Source: Paragordius varius (lineage: Eukaryota; Animalia; Nematomorpha). From it: a stretch of 64,000 nt of DNA. The position numbers and the translations under genes were made by a program. Below are positions 27,301-52,713 of the stretch, piece by piece; the stretch's first letter is position 1; every line of letters begins with the position of its first letter. The stretch is from the NCBI GenBank assembly GCA_964247055.1, contig OZ176051.1, positions 1,426,001-1,490,000 of the forward strand. Reading direction: 5' to 3'. The notes beneath the pieces are model-generated. The model was given only the letters and a program-made list of their open reading frames with translations. It was not told where the DNA came from and made no database searches.

Positions 27301-29216
27301 CGAGTTGTATTCAACCTACAATGATACGGTTGAAATGGACCTTGATATTTTTCTAAACGATATAGATTCAAAATCCATGTTAGGACAGGATAATCAAAAT
27401 TTTAAGCACATTGAAGTGGTTCATAGCCGTGAAAATAATTTAACTCAGGTTATTTCTTCTTGAATAATATCAATGAGTATAATTTCAAAAACATACATTT
27501 AAAAATATTTCGATCGACATTTTAGGTCCCAGAAAAAATTATAAATGCGATTGAAAAGGGTATGCGAAATGTATTTACCTTTGGAGGCCCAATTCAAGGA
27601 AGTCCGATTATACACACGGGCATTAAATTACACGGCTTAACCTGTTTTACAGGTTTTTTTTACATATTTCAATTTCGATTTCCATTTTAGGTAATAACAG
27701 CAATCCTGCAAATAACTTCAATTTTATTGCGCCTCAAATCCAATCTCAAACGTTGCAAGAGGCTATTTGTGACCATCTTATCTCACCCTGTTTGCATATG
27801 CTGTCAAGTATGGCATTTAATTCACAGGTAAGGCAAATTTAACTTATCAAAATTTTTTCCTGAAATAAATGGGCACATCTTCTCAGTTTGAGTAAAATTT
27901 GGGAAAAAAGCGTAGTTCTAAAGTAAAAAAATAGTAATATTTAATAAGTAAAAAGTTATTTTTAAAGTCAACAACCATATTTTTTATCAGTATTTTTAAT
28001 ACGAGGACAGTTTAATATGGGTTATATAAAATTAAAAGTTTAATATGGCTGGCTTCATAAAGATAATTGACATTTTATTAAGTTTCGGTTGAAATAAAAA
28101 AATGTTTAAATTACGTCTTATATTTCAATATATTACTACTGTAAGACATATTTTTAATCGACTAAATATATGCAAATTATATTTAGGAAAATGCAGCAAA
28201 CATGTTTCCTAATGTAACCTTGTTAGAACCTTATGTTTTAGCCTCTATCTGCAAAATCCCAACAAACAGTCTTTCCATCTTGTTGTCAAATCTAAAGCAA
28301 AAAAGATGCAACCATTTCAAATTTAATACTTCCACAGGTTTTTTCCACTAAATAATAATTTTAATGAATTTTTAACAAAAACTGAAAGCTTTTTTTGCGT
28401 TAATAAAGCATATATAAAACATTAAAACCCAAATAATCAGTATAATAATTTGCAGTTATATTTATATTAATTACGTAATTAGTAACTAAATTTTAATTTA
28501 CGCCTTTTTCAAATACATATATCAATAATTTAGCATATTATTTATCACGGAATAACGGATTTTTACGTGAATATTTACAAGTTTCTAGATTTAAAAATAT
28601 ATGAGGTGTAATAATTTATTCAAAAAATACTTAATATTTGGTTGGTTCAATCTAAAAATACCTATAAATATATAATTTATCCAAATATTTGACCAAAAAA
28701 ATTAACAATTTAATTCATCGTTTCATTACCTTCTAATATAAAATTACTATTATTATAAAATAATCATACCAACTTCCAATTATAATGTGAAAACTAATTA
28801 AAATCAATTGATTTCTCATACTATAATTAATTTAATCTTTTGATATTTTAGAAATAAGTGTTACTTGTTATAACCTTTGATCTAAAGACGATTGACAAAT
28901 GCTATCTCTTAAGTTTTTATTTGTAAAGTTTTTTTTACCAAAGATATCCTTTAATTTGATTATCTAATTTTGGCCAAAACAATATAAAAATAGGACCCTG
29001 AGAAGATTTTGAAAAAATTGGAAAACATTTTTTCATTCCGTTTAAAAAATTAAGGACTATGTTTTATATATAGCAAATGAAAACTTTTACGATTTAAAAG
29101 CCATCATACCATTGATTGAAATGGCCGATTTTTCGAACGTTTTGCGCAACCTGACATCTGGCAAAGCATGGTTCAAAATGAAATTATTGACCTATCATCC
29201 TGTTGCGAAATACTGA
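15387..29216 (+). CDS. GFM2: Mitochondrial elongation factor G2 / ribosome-releasing factor 2 (16 exons)
   Basis: Exons 15387-15534, 15558-15661, 16300-16486, 18062-18307, 18545-18767, 19551-19627, 19969-20196, 20275-20334, 20562-20729, 21130-21278, 22100-22321, 27206-27448, 27526-27652, 27691-27827, 28187-28337, 29074-29216, all phase-compatible. [61 protein letters not shown] and LRNLTSGKA; basic/hydrophobic N-terminal leader. Confidence 0.93.
16725..17843. mobile_element. 1.12-kb non-autonomous TIR element (CACTA/CMC-like), copy 2, in GFM2 intron 3
   Basis: CACTAGACAACAAATTTT ... AAAATTTGTTGTCTAGTG with TTA flanks; collinear with 5517-6641. Confidence 0.8.
19268..19514. mobile_element. 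~250-bp foldback MITE (AAGGGT 21-bp family)
   Basis: Ends AAATGG|TATA; three 21-bp AAGGGT(G/A)A.TTTAAATT units; inverted copy at 49959-50203. Confidence 0.7.
23290..24030 (-). mobile_element. Mariner (Mos1/mauritiana-like DD34D) transposase pseudogene in GFM2 intron 11
   Basis: [51 protein letters not shown] and GIHKSPERW...DDGQY closely parallel Mos1; frameshifted. Confidence 0.9.
24919..26034 (+). CDS. Intronless histidine acid phosphatase (clade 2), 371 aa, nested in GFM2 intron 11
   Basis: RHGERGP at residues 9-15, [20 protein letters not shown]. In-frame TGA at 24889 with no AG before the ATG, so no upstream coding exon and no signal peptide. Confidence 0.9.
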   Translation: MSTTVILIRHGERGPEKEIPNIPPGLINYLFPLGLKELTALGFEKMFKLGQNIKNDILVQKHLSKNDIIAYSSPVNRSIKSTEALILGLLTEKSFRPVSHHANVNLSQKKMGKPIYSKPKTITINTHKTIPWLSPITGNQELKFMLLNHLANCPSVLEVLGQLYPILNSVWMKAFGTQLLLPCPTSPHTGMKPCDFLRLFYLADGILCINHALPKKKTVNYFHTKFSQSKWLFDDRIVRACNTLVQTIFKYMLPERDDSFFCNYQFSSPTLFLSHILDSFMVKLQSFFSQRKYLDKIIVLGSHDHMLTAVFTWLGLNNHISYHQQYRPGYGSTIIFQRHVPKRHFNSSKNKNSPLFHIFYTFDYDKSFIKL

Positions 29217-29608
29217 AATCATTTGCTTGTGATAAATATGTTCCAGTCACATATACAATTAAATTATTTTATTAAATTACCGTATATTTATTATAATTCT
29301 AAAAATTGGAATTTTGAAGCGTAATATTGCACTTTAATAAATTTTTCTAATGTATTATGATCAATCAAAAAATGAAAATCTAAAGGCTTTGTCGAAAAAA
29401 ATTTAAAAATATGAAATAAAATAATTATATCAAAATTACATAATATTCTGTTTGCAAAATTTTGTTAATTTATAATTTTACAAATATTATTTTATTCTGC
29501 CCCTATTTACTCAGATATTGTGGCTAAATCTTGAATTTCATAACATTCGTTTGTTAGTTTATATTTACCGTCATAAAATATGTGTATTAAACACATTTTT
29601 CATATATA

Positions 29609-31090
29609 CCATTTGCACTTCAAGAGTGTCCTTGAACAGTTTAAGTTGGTCCTTGAACATTTCAAGTTGGTCCTTTGACTTTTTTGTTTGTTTTTTTAAC
29701 TTTTTTTATCAATCAAATCGTAAATAATTCATCTATTTACGCTTTTCAAATGTGGTGCTTTCGGAAAATATTGAGAATCTCCTGTAGAGCCCACATCTCC
29801 AATTCTTATATCCTCAACCTCATCAAACCCGAATTTTTACTTCACGATTTAAACAGCTAAAATATCTGGGTCACATGCTGCGATCCAACTCGCTAGAAAA
29901 AAGCATACTTTTTGGGTTGGTAGATGGCACCCGCAGAAGGGGCCGACCCAAAAAGCGGTGGATCGACATGCTTAAATCAATAATACCGAACTTTTCCTCA
30001 ATTGTTGAGAGAATCACAGGATCGTCAAAAATGGAGAACATTAATTTATGCGAAAGCCAAGAGTCACTACATGGCTAGCTTATAATACACACACAATTGT
30101 TTTTAACCTATTTTCTATTATTTAACATAAATTTTAAATCGATATCAACTTTTAAACTTTGAGAAACTGTTTATTTTTATTGATTTCTTAAAATAATTTT
30201 AGATATTTATAAGAACACGAAATCAAAAAATATATAAGTTTTCTGGGTTATTAATTAAAATTTTTCATTTTAAAAGTTAATAATTTTGTTCAATTGAAAA
30301 TAGTTTGAAGCAAAAAAGTGGTTTTCCAATAGAATTTTTTATTTTTAAATAAATAAATATATAATAAATAAAAAAAATTAGGTTAATAAATAATTAAATA
30401 AAAAAATAAATGCGAAAATTATGGATAAACCAAAATTTATAAATTTTAAGTTCAACTTGAAGTGTTCAAGGACCAACTTGAAATGTTTAAACACCAACTT
30501 GAAGTGTTCAAGGACCAACTTGAACTGTTCAAGACCATTTGGATTTCAAGAGTGTCCTTGAAAAGTTGGTCCTTTGACTTTTTTGTTTTGTTTTAAAATT
30601 TTATCAATCAAATCATTTATCTATTTTATGATTTTGACCTTTCAATTGGTTAACATAATTTTAAATTAATATCAAAATAATTGAGAAACTGTGTCTGTTT
30701 TAATTTCTCAAAAATATTTTATATTTATATGATTTTAACACCTAATAAAAATATATAAGTTTTCTGGGTTATTATTTACACTTTTTATTAAATGCAAAAG
30801 TTAATAATTTTGTTAAATTGGAAAAAATTAGTTTGAAGCAAAAAAGTGGTTTTTAATTAAAAATTTTTATTTTTAAATGAATAAAAATATAATAAATAAA
30901 TAAAATTAGGTTAAAAAATAAAAAAAATGCAAAAATTATGGTTATTTTAAAATTTAAAAATTTTAAGGACCAACTTGAACTGTTCAAGGACCAACACTGT
31001 TCAAGGACCAACTTAAAATGTTCATGTACCAATTTGAAATGTTCAAGGACCATCTTGAAGTGTTGAAGGACACTTTTGAAGTGCAAATGG
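29609..31090. mobile_element. Compound foldback element (two tandem copies) with 21-bp subterminal arrays
   Basis: TATA|CCATTTGCACTTCAAGAGTGTCCTT ... AAGGACACTTTTGAAGTGCAAATGG|TATA; arrays of AAGTGTTCAAGGACCAACTTG; 30090-30430 resembles 30640-30960. Confidence 0.8.
29715..30085 (+). mobile_element. 5'-truncated RTE-type non-LTR retrotransposon 3' end
   Basis: AFQMWCFRKILRIS and GHMLRSNSLEKSILFGLVDGTRRRGRPKKRWID, the typical RTE C-terminus. Confidence 0.85.
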
Positions 31091-32607
31091 TATATTTTTT
31101 TGGTAAAGCTAAATTATTCAAAAATTTTCATTTAAATATATGCCATATCTCAAAACCAAAACAATACAATTCTAAAATTTCAATTTTTAGATTCGAAAGT
31201 CTCAATTCAATCATGCTAAACATTTCTTTCACCTTAAATAATCACCAAAAAATGTTAAAGGACCGATTAAATTATTTTTCTTGTTTCAAAGGCCATTCAC
31301 CGTATAATACCAAAAATATTGCATAGCTATCTGACATATGTTTTTAGCTTAAATAGGTACATAAAGAAATAAAATGTATAATTCCTCATAAAAATCCACT
31401 TTTGGGGCCAAATGCGTTCGCGATTTAAGCACCACTGGAATATATGCTCAACTTTAACTTAAAAAAAGCAAACTTTAAATAAAAATTCTGAGGTGATATC
31501 TTAAGCTTTATCGAATTATATATAAAAATATTTTTATATTATCTTAAAGCGTATTTTACCGTTTCTCCTATTCTTAAAATATAATGACATATATTACAAC
31601 AAAATAAAATTTGCCAAAATTTAATTTTGAAACAAATTATATAAATTATCTTTTTTGATAACCTAATCTAGGTATTTAATATTTTTATCGCTCTATCTCT
31701 GCATTTTTGCGATATGTAACATTCAAATTGGGGTCGTTGGATGGCCTGTATAAAAGTAAATACTTTTAAAATTATAGCAAAAGTTTGCACTTATATAACA
31801 CTAATAAACAGAAACTTAAAAAAAATAATTCAAAACTCATTTTATGTTAAAACCCAAAGATATAATTTAGTAAACATGACATAAGTGCATTAGCTAAATT
31901 TAATAAACCGCTTTTTTTGTTTCTACTAATGATAGAAGTGATTATAGAAATTTAGCTTTAATTTTAGCTATAAATCAAATAAACACGAGTTTGTTATAAT
32001 GTTGTAAAACAAAAATCGCGAAGTAATTTGAAAAGGAACTATTTTTCACTAAATTTCATCTAAATTTTCAGTATATTAATATAATTTTTATCAGAGTAAA
32101 AGCATAAATGACCGTTTCTTTCAGTATTTTTTTAAAAAGATAAACTTAAGTATAGTCAGGATACTTAGATACCTTCGAATCGAAGTGTTAAAGGGAAATA
32201 TTTATTTTAGAAACGGACAAACGATATTTGGAACCATTTTACTTTTCAAATTTAATTTATGATATAATGATACTTTTGAAGCATATAACCCTTACCAAAA
32301 AAATATAGTATAATGTGCGCTAAGTTTGCCAATTTTCGATATGGAGCATTTACCACAAAAGTGGTTCCCAAATCTATCGAAGGCCTAAAACTAAGCATGA
32401 TTATTCTGATACATTATAGGAATATATATACTTCATTAGAGAATTTTTCATACCCCCAATTTTTCGGTTTTTATTACATTGAAACTTAAAATTATACTGA
32501 TTAAAAAATAAATAATAGACAAATATTTTTATAAAAGACAACCATACTCTTTTAAAACTGATAATTCCTACATAAACTCTATAATAAATAATTTAAAATA
32601 TTTAATA

Positions 32608-34600
32608 CTAGCGTAAATCTCGTACTGCTACGCAGCCCGAGGAACTTCGGACTTCTTGAAGAGGGGTGAGGGGTACTATCCGAAAAAAGTTAATAAAATT
32701 GTGAACCATATATGTGGATTATTTCGAAACACTATTTAGTTAGGATCTCTTAGGATTTTCAAAACGGTGCTTTATAGAATATTCAAAACTGTGCATTCAC
32801 CTAATATATTGTTTACTGGTGTCAAGGCCCCAAATTGACGGCTAACGGAAAAAACGGCCATACTATAATTTTTTACCTTTTTATGGGTATTATTTAAAGC
32901 CTTTGAACTCGTATGGCTTCTTAAATTTTTTTTAAATTACTCCAAAACCACGCCATTTTTGTATGACATCTCAGTTTTAAACCAACAGACACTTACCCAT
33001 AGACCTATATGAAAAAACGCTGAGTTAAATTCTTTGCCACAGGGCATAAATTTCATTTCTGATACCATCGTCCCATGGGTTATTCGAAAAAATACCTCAA
33101 CACTAAATAATCGTTTTATGATGGCGTATTTTTAGGACATAAAGGCCCCAAATTAACGGCTAATAAAAAAACGCTTGACCTTAATTTTTACCTAGTTATG
33201 GGTAACATTTCAATCTTTTTATGAGCTCATATGGCTTCATTAGCTCCAAAACAACTCAATTTTATATAGTGGCTCAGTTTTTGGCGGGGATCTCCTTACC
33301 AGGGCAAGTGTAAATAAAGCTTTAAGCAAAATTTTGCTCTTTTATGGGGAATATCTGGAATTATCATGGATTCTATATGTTCCTATAAGTTCTTGGAAAT
33401 ATTACTTCAAAACTAAAAAATGTTTCATGGCGGCGCATTTTTCAGGGCGTAAAACTGTACTTAGCGACGTATTAAAATAACCCCTTATACTAAAAAATAT
33501 GTTTTTAAGGGGTAATAAATATTTTAGGCCCTTATTGAACTCACTTAGTCTCATAGGTTTTTTGAAATTTGGCTCCAAATGCATGCTGTATCGATATGGT
33601 GACACAGTTTTACATGGGCAGCCCCCTAATCAGAGGCGAAACAAAAAAACGCTCGATTTAAATTTTTGCCTTGATTCGGGTAATACCTGGAATCATGATT
33701 GATTCCATATGCTCTCGTGGGATTTTCGAAAAATGGCTAAAACCAAAAAGTCATTCTATGGTGGCGCAGGGCCTAATTAAGAGGTAATTTTATAAAACCG
33801 CTCTACTTAAATTTTTGCCACGGGTAATATTTAAGCCATTATTGATAATATGGCCTGATAAGTTTTCTAAAATTTGCCTCCAAAGTCACGCTGTATCGAT
33901 ATGGTGGCTCAGTTACGGGCGGGTAGCCCCCTACCCAGAGGCCAGTATAAAAAAGACGTTCGAAATTTTTGCCTTTATAGAGGAATACCTGGAAGTATCA
34001 TTCATTCCATATGTTCTCAATGGTTTTTGGAAAAATTAAAAACAAAAAGTCGTTTTATGTTGGTGCATTTTTCAGGGCCTAATTAAGGGGTAATTTAAAA
34101 AAACCGCTCGGCTTAAATTTTTGCATTTTTACGGGTAATATTTCAGGCCCTTATCAAACTTGTATGGCCTGGTAAATTTTCAAAATTAACTCCGAAACGC
34201 AATTTCGATATGGTGGCTGATTTTAGACGGGTAGGTATCTACCTAGACGCTGATACAAAAAAGCGCTTGATTAGAGTTTTTGCCTTTTTACGGAGATTAC
34301 TTGGAATTATGATTGATTCCATATCCTCTCGTTAGTTTTTGGAAAGATTGCCTCAAAACTGCAAAATCATTCTATGGTGGTGCATTTTTCAGAGCGCGAA
34401 GGGCCTATTAACGACTCACTTAAAAAACCGCACGACCCAAATTTATGCCTTGTTACGGGTATTAAGCACTTATTGAGCTCATATAGCCTAATAGGTTTTC
34501 TGAAATTTATATTTCAAGAAAAAATTGGTTATTTAACAAATTTTTTAGTAGGATTTATCAAAAACTTTTGCCCCCGATTTAATTTAAACTTTAGATATAT
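32608..34600 (-). mobile_element. Non-autonomous Helitron-like element with degenerate ~300-bp tandem units
   Basis: Reverse complement of the same hairpin plus CTAG 3' end as at 1792 (CTAG 32608-32611); internal AAAAACGCT...AAATTTTTGCC units match the reverse complement of the 337-1740 unit. The 5' boundary is uncertain. Confidence 0.7.
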
Positions 34601-34715
34601 AGCGAAGTATTTTATATCATAGCGCAATAGACTGAATCATATTAGTTCAAAATTTTTAACATATAAATAAGTATGCAGAACTAATTTAATAATCAAATAA
34701 ATTATAGGGTTCCAT

Positions 34716-36127
34716 CAGTGGCGTAGCTGGGAAGGGGGGGGGCTGATTCATCAGGTGCCATAGTTAAAGGGCGCCGGATTTTTCAAAAAAATTTAATTTA
34801 TTTTAAAAAAATAAGAATTTAAAAGTTATTATATTTTAAATATTAAATTAAAAAAAGATCACCCATTTTTGAGTGGTCATGACCTTCTATCTTGATCAAA
34901 ACTCTCTTTATAAGTATTATTTTAAATCTACTGTTTCATATCCTCATATATTATATCCATTTATCTTTAAGTGCCTACCTTTCTTAACCTCAGTTCATAT
35001 CATTACGTAACCTACCTTAAAATATCTGATCAAAATGACCAACATATACAAGGATAAGATTATTATTAATTATATGTTAATTTTCTTTCAAATTATGTAT
35101 ATATATATTTATGCTAGAATTCTTTCAATTAAAATTGATATTATAGGAAAGAGCAGATTTTAAAATTGTTGTTATTTTTTCTTTCCCAATTTAAGGCAAG
35201 GTATAGGATCTACATCTGTATACGTTATGTCTCCTTTTTCTTTTTTGTCACCACTGAAATATAATCTCGAAGGAAAGGATAGGATAATAGTTCAAATAAA
35301 AAGAATTATTATTTATTTAAATTATTATTATCCGGAATGCCTAAACATAGCGGTTTTCAAAATAAAAAACGAATATTTAAATAAAATTATACCGCACAAA
35401 AATTAAGAGAATGGATGCAATCATATTTGCATCCTAATAATAATAACAGCGATTCAACTTTAATGCCAAATAACGGCAGCCCTATAATTTCAGATAATTG
35501 TTATCCGACAACAATACCTTCTGATACTAACATTTTAACAACAACTCTCCCCAACAACGGGCCGGCAATAATTTTTGAGAATCATAATATAATAAAACCT
35601 CTTAGCAACGGCGCCACGATATTTTTCGACAATACGCATACAATAGAGGACGTTAATAATAATATTACGATAAAGAAATAAATGTGGATTATATATATAA
35701 TTTTTTATATTTATGTCTAAGGATGCAGTAAATTGTTATTAAACTTTTTTGCATTTTTTTAAGTTTTTAAGACCTAAGAATTGCTATTTTTTTCGGACGC
35801 AAGCCATTATTCAAAAAAATTTTAGTCGGGCCACGCTTATGGAGTTTGAATCTGCTTTTATATAACATCTATATTTAATTAAGTCGAACTTTTCGCGCAG
35901 AAACTAATATTATTTTTTATTACTGATACATTTGCTAAGCAAACCGAGGTTTTCGAAGCAAGGGGTTGAATGTGCATCTTTTTTTCACGCGTTTCTGTTT
36001 TTGACGAGACACATTTCATCCCGCTCAAGGTTTAAATTTATTTTTCAAAATGCAAGGGGTTGAGTGGAGGGCGAGGGGGTGCCCTCACCAAATGCACGCA
36101 GCACCAAAAATGCAAACTACGCCTCTG
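34716..36127 (+). mobile_element. Non-autonomous hAT-like element (1.4 kb)
   Basis: TIR CAGTGGCGTAG ... CTACGCCTCTG; internal MPKHSGFQNKKR-like decayed ORF start and an Asn-rich ORF at 35415-35681; 8-bp flanks only 5/8 identical. Confidence 0.6.
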
Positions 36128-38075
36128 TGTCACATTAGTATAAAATAAAAAGAAATATTTGAAAAAACTTTTGGTTTGCTTTTTTATTAAAAATCTATAT
36201 TACTAATAATTATAGTTGATAGTAAAATGTATAGTTCTAACTGTAAATTTTAGTACAAAATGGTTAGAAAAAAACGAGAATGCATTAATCTTTTTTTCTA
36301 ATCTTTGTAAAGTTAAAATTATAAGCCTTTCAAAGAAATCTATTAATATTAATGAGATGGTAATTTAAAATACGAAAATAAACTGTTTTAAATGACATGA
36401 AAGCAATAAATAAGTTTAATAAAAAAAATGTGTTTTTTTAGACATTCATTGCATGGACACAAAGTATGAGCTACTTTGATGCATCCGTTTTAATAATATA
36501 TTTATTGACAAAAACGCTCTGTCGCTTCCTTTAACACTTGGATACAACACATTCATTTTAGTCCTTCGATTCAAATTGGGTAGGTGGATACCCCGGGCTT
36601 GTTTAAAATTAAATTCTTTAAAAAATATGGAAGGAATCGAAACCATTACAAAATTTTACACTTATATAACATTAATACGAAATATAAAATTTTATTAAAA
36701 AATACTTGATATTACTTATTTTAAGCTAAAACCGATAGGTAAAAATTTAGTCAACGTGACAAGTGATCAATTGTTAAATCTAAAAATAATACAAAATAAA
36801 CCACTTTTTCTATTTCCAATGTTAGATGTAATTTAAATAAAAAATTTGCTTCAAAATTACCCTTGAAATTATATGAAGACGATATTTTGCTAAAATTTTG
36901 TAAAATCAAAATGGCGTCGAAGTAGTTTGACATGTAACTTTTTTTTCAAAACAAAATTTTATTTAAATATTTTGGCATATTCATATAATTTTTATTAGGA
37001 TAGAAGTATAAATTTAAATTGGGACCGTTTCCTTCAGTAATTTTTTAAAAAATCTAAGTTAAATTTAGTCTGGGGTATTTAGAGACCCAAATTTGAATCA
37101 AAGTGTTAATATTAAATTTCGATGTAAGACATATTAATATACATTTTTTGAGCGTTTATTACTGTTTTTAATATTATATTATAAAGACTGTTAGATTTTC
37201 AAAGAAAAATATTTTTTATAATAAAGTTTGAAAAGGTACATAATAATTATAAAAAAAATGTAAAAAATTCTTAGGTAGAATCATAGTTTAATTTAGATTT
37301 GCTGTTAAAATGATAGAACAGAAAATGCAAATTCGAGAAATTTAATAATTAAACATATATTTAAATAAAATTTAAAAATTTGTCTGGAAAAGCGCAAATT
37401 AGTGCCTTTTTTTAAAATGTAGTTATCTTAAAATCACAAGGCCGATTGCGCCATAAGCATTAAGATATGCTAGATAATGCAATAAAAAATTCGCCAGATT
37501 TGGGTAAAATATTTTAAAAAAATAGAATATATAATCAAGGTTAAATGAAAACAAAAAAATTATTTAATTAAAATCTATCAAATTATATAAAAAGGTTTAT
37601 TTAAATTATCTTAAAGCGTATTATGCTGTTGACGCCATGCCTGAAATTGCCAAGAAATACGCTTAAACAAGATATTTTCGATTTCGGAACCCATAGTTCA
37701 TGCTATAATAAATGTTATTTTTTGGAAAACCATTTAATTTCTACCAAATTTATTGATATTATAGGAACTAATTTTAGAAGGCCAACAAGTACTATAATTC
37801 TGATTTATTCTCTTCCATATATAATTCATCATTGTTTTTTTATTACCCCCCGATTTTGTGCACAAAGTTTTGGTAAAAACTTTTTAAGACCCTAAAATTC
37901 GCAATTTTTTATTATAAAAACCTAAAAACTTTGGTTCACCAATTATTTGATAAATATAAATATTTGCAAATTTGGATTTGTTTTTACATTTTTAATTTCA
38001 CTTGTGTTGAGTATCAATGTTATTCCAATGTGTATTCGTGAACGTATAGAAAATGCAGATTGGTATTGTTAAAAT

Positions 38076-45200
<7,125 letters not shown>

Positions 45201-46057
45201 TTTAACCATCTAATTTCTTCATACATTCCTTTTTATATTCGTAAAATTGCTTTTTTTTAACTTTTATTATTGGTATGCATTTATATTTTTTAAAACCTTT
45301 ATTTTGTGATATATAACACGTCTCACAACATACCCTTGTTTATAAATACACAATTTGACATTCATTCTATGCATTTTAACATACATTAGTAATATATTAT
45401 TTGTGATTTTCTTGTGAAATGACCAAAATTCCCAGTACAATTTTACTACTTATTATTTGACAATTTATAAATATCGCTTGACCAGTATTTTAAATTAATT
45501 ATGCATATGTTTTGTATGTTTTGCACATTTTTATGATAGCTTTAAATTGATTATTTCGTTTTTTAACTTTTATGACTACTTACCTAATACAACATTTTTG
45601 TACCAAATTTACATTAGTTTTTAATTATTTGCATTTTATATTCCAGACAATATTTATATTTATTTAGGATTGTGTGTTTCCTAATAATAAATTTTTTTTA
45701 TCTTAAAATTTGGTTAAAATTTTACTTTGTTCGTTTGAAACATAGGGTCGCATTTTTGTATCAAACTTTCGAATAGATGAACAATCATCAATCTTTTATT
45801 AAATTTAAAACAAAACTGGTGAATGTAAACACAATATAATAATAATTTTCAAGTTTGCCATCGGATAGACTTATTGACAAAATTTGTTAAAGGAATATCA
45901 ATTACTGAAATTTTGTGCGCAATTTTTGAAGATTATGGCATTTCAAATTTTTTGCGTGCTACGTTGTTGGACTGGTTTAAAGAAAACAACATAGATTCCT
46001 AATTATATAAGAAGGATAATTAAAAAATACTAATTAGAGGTTATATCTAAAGGTATA

Positions 46058-47304
46058 CCATTTTACAGTCAAAATAAACGTTTTCCCAATCAATCGAAAC
46101 ATTTTCCCAACCAATCCAAACGTTTTCCCTGTCAATCGAAATATTTTCCCAGTCAATAAAAACGTTTTCCCAATCAATAAAAACGTTTTCCCAGTCAATA
46201 AAAACGGTTTTATTTTTGATGATAAATATCAAAACAAGATATAAAAAGAACTTTTAACCATTATCAGCGTAATATTAAGATATTATTTTTTAAAAAAACA
46301 CAATTGTTGAATGACAATTTTTCTAATTATATTCCAGTTCACAATCATTAATGACTTATTCTTTAAAAGTTATATCTTTTGTAATTTGAATATTTTTAAG
46401 AAAATAATTAATCATTTTTTATTTTATCGATGGTTCGTAATATTCGGGGCTTATAAAATATATAGTGGATGAAATAATAAAATTTATAAAAATATACCAT
46501 TTTTATCTCAAATTGGTCATTTAACGCTTCAAAACACTTTTTAAACATGTCCATAAAAATACTGTCGGAAAATAATATCTAAAAAAAATTTTAGTAGATA
46601 AAAATGTTTTTGTTTTAAAAATATTTAATAAATATGGATATTCCTACAAGGGCTTTGCGGGCCGAATTTTGACTCAAAAAGCACGGCGTTCCGCGTTCGA
46701 ATAAATACATTCATAAATAATTTTTCGATTAGACATAAGACTGTAAAATACAAACACAATATAACATTTTTTTAATTCATTTCCAATTTAATAGACTCAT
46801 TCAGAATAATTGCGTAAGAAATATGAATATTACTAAGATATGTGGGCATATTTTGCACATGGATTTCCAAATTTTTCGCGGGCCGCTGGACCAATAAATA
46901 TTATATTAAGGTAAAATACATGTTTAAGATCTAATATGAAGTTTTTAATGACCATTAAGATAAAATGGTATGTTTTTATGAATTTTATTATTTGATCCGT
47001 AACTATAGATTTTATAGTTAACCGCAAATATTAATGCGAAGCATTAATACAATAAAAAATATCAAATTCCAAAAAATATAACTTTTAAAGAATAAGTCAT
47101 TAATGATTTTGCACTGAAAACTTGGAAAATTGTCATTCATTAATTGTATTTTTACAAAAAATAATATCCTAATATTACGCTGATAATGGTTAAAAGTTAT
47201 TTTTATATTTTGTTTTAATATTTATCATCAAAAATAAAACCGTTTTGATTGACTGGGAAAATGTTTCGATTGACTGGGAAAACGTTTTTTTGACTGGGAA
47301 ATGG
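46058..47304. mobile_element. 1.25-kb foldback element with long inverted arms and 21-bp arrays
   Basis: TATA|CCATTT ... AAATGG|TATA; arms about 46058-46400 and 47050-47304; AAACGTTTTCCCAGTCAAT-type 21-mers, about 6 on the left and 3 on the right. Confidence 0.85.
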
Positions 47305-48008
47305 TATATATATAGAGTCGGATTAAAATCATGGTTGAAAACATTACGTCATAATAACTAGCAAAATTAATATAATATAAAATACTTCAATTATAGATTT
47401 ATATTATTTATTAGTATATAATAATTTTATTTTTAAATTGTCTTTTCTTTAGTAGGGGAAAAGATAATTCATATTTATTTGCAATTTTTTTGATCACATG
47501 CGTATTATATTACTTTATTATATAATGACATGAATTATTATTAAACTTTAAATAAGAATAATTTAAATATAATAATTATACATTACATATATATTTATAT
47601 ACTATTGATAGTAGGGAGCAACAGATTGTATAATTATGAATTTGCGTAAAATTACTTTATTTTAATTAACTTTTCATTTGTGACATTTAAGAGTTTGAGA
47701 ATATATGATGAATTTACAGTTCTCTAGCAACGTTCCAATTTACAGTAAAAATTAAACTCATATAAAGACAAAACATAAAAAGTAAAAGATAAAGTTTTAT
47801 GTAGAAAACCTTATCGTAATAATAAGAAAATTGAGATGTGGATTGGTAACACACTCAATTCTATATTCCACAATTATCCTATGAGTTATAATTACTAAAG
47901 ATATATTTGTCTTTTACTTTTGATATTTTGTTTTAATTAATTTAAATTTTGACTGCATTTAAAGGGCGGGTGTATGTATGTGTAGGTGTTAATACGATAT
48001 TACACAAT

Positions 48009-52713
<4,705 letters not shown>

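Noticed and set aside
30853-31326. ORFs with HFKLVLE-like heptads resembling a coiled coil
   Set aside because: Same cause: the 21-bp DNA array read in frame on both strands.
35415-35681. 88-aa ORF with three PNNG-like repeats as a host gene
   Set aside because: Lies inside a TIR-bounded hAT-like element after a broken transposase-like start.
46070-46200. CRISPR-like array
   Set aside because: Units are contiguous tandem repeats with no unique spacers, and the context is eukaryotic with no cas genes.
46047-46232. ORF with IDWENVF heptad repeats
   Set aside because: Translation of the 21-bp subterminal array of a foldback element; no splice context or homology.
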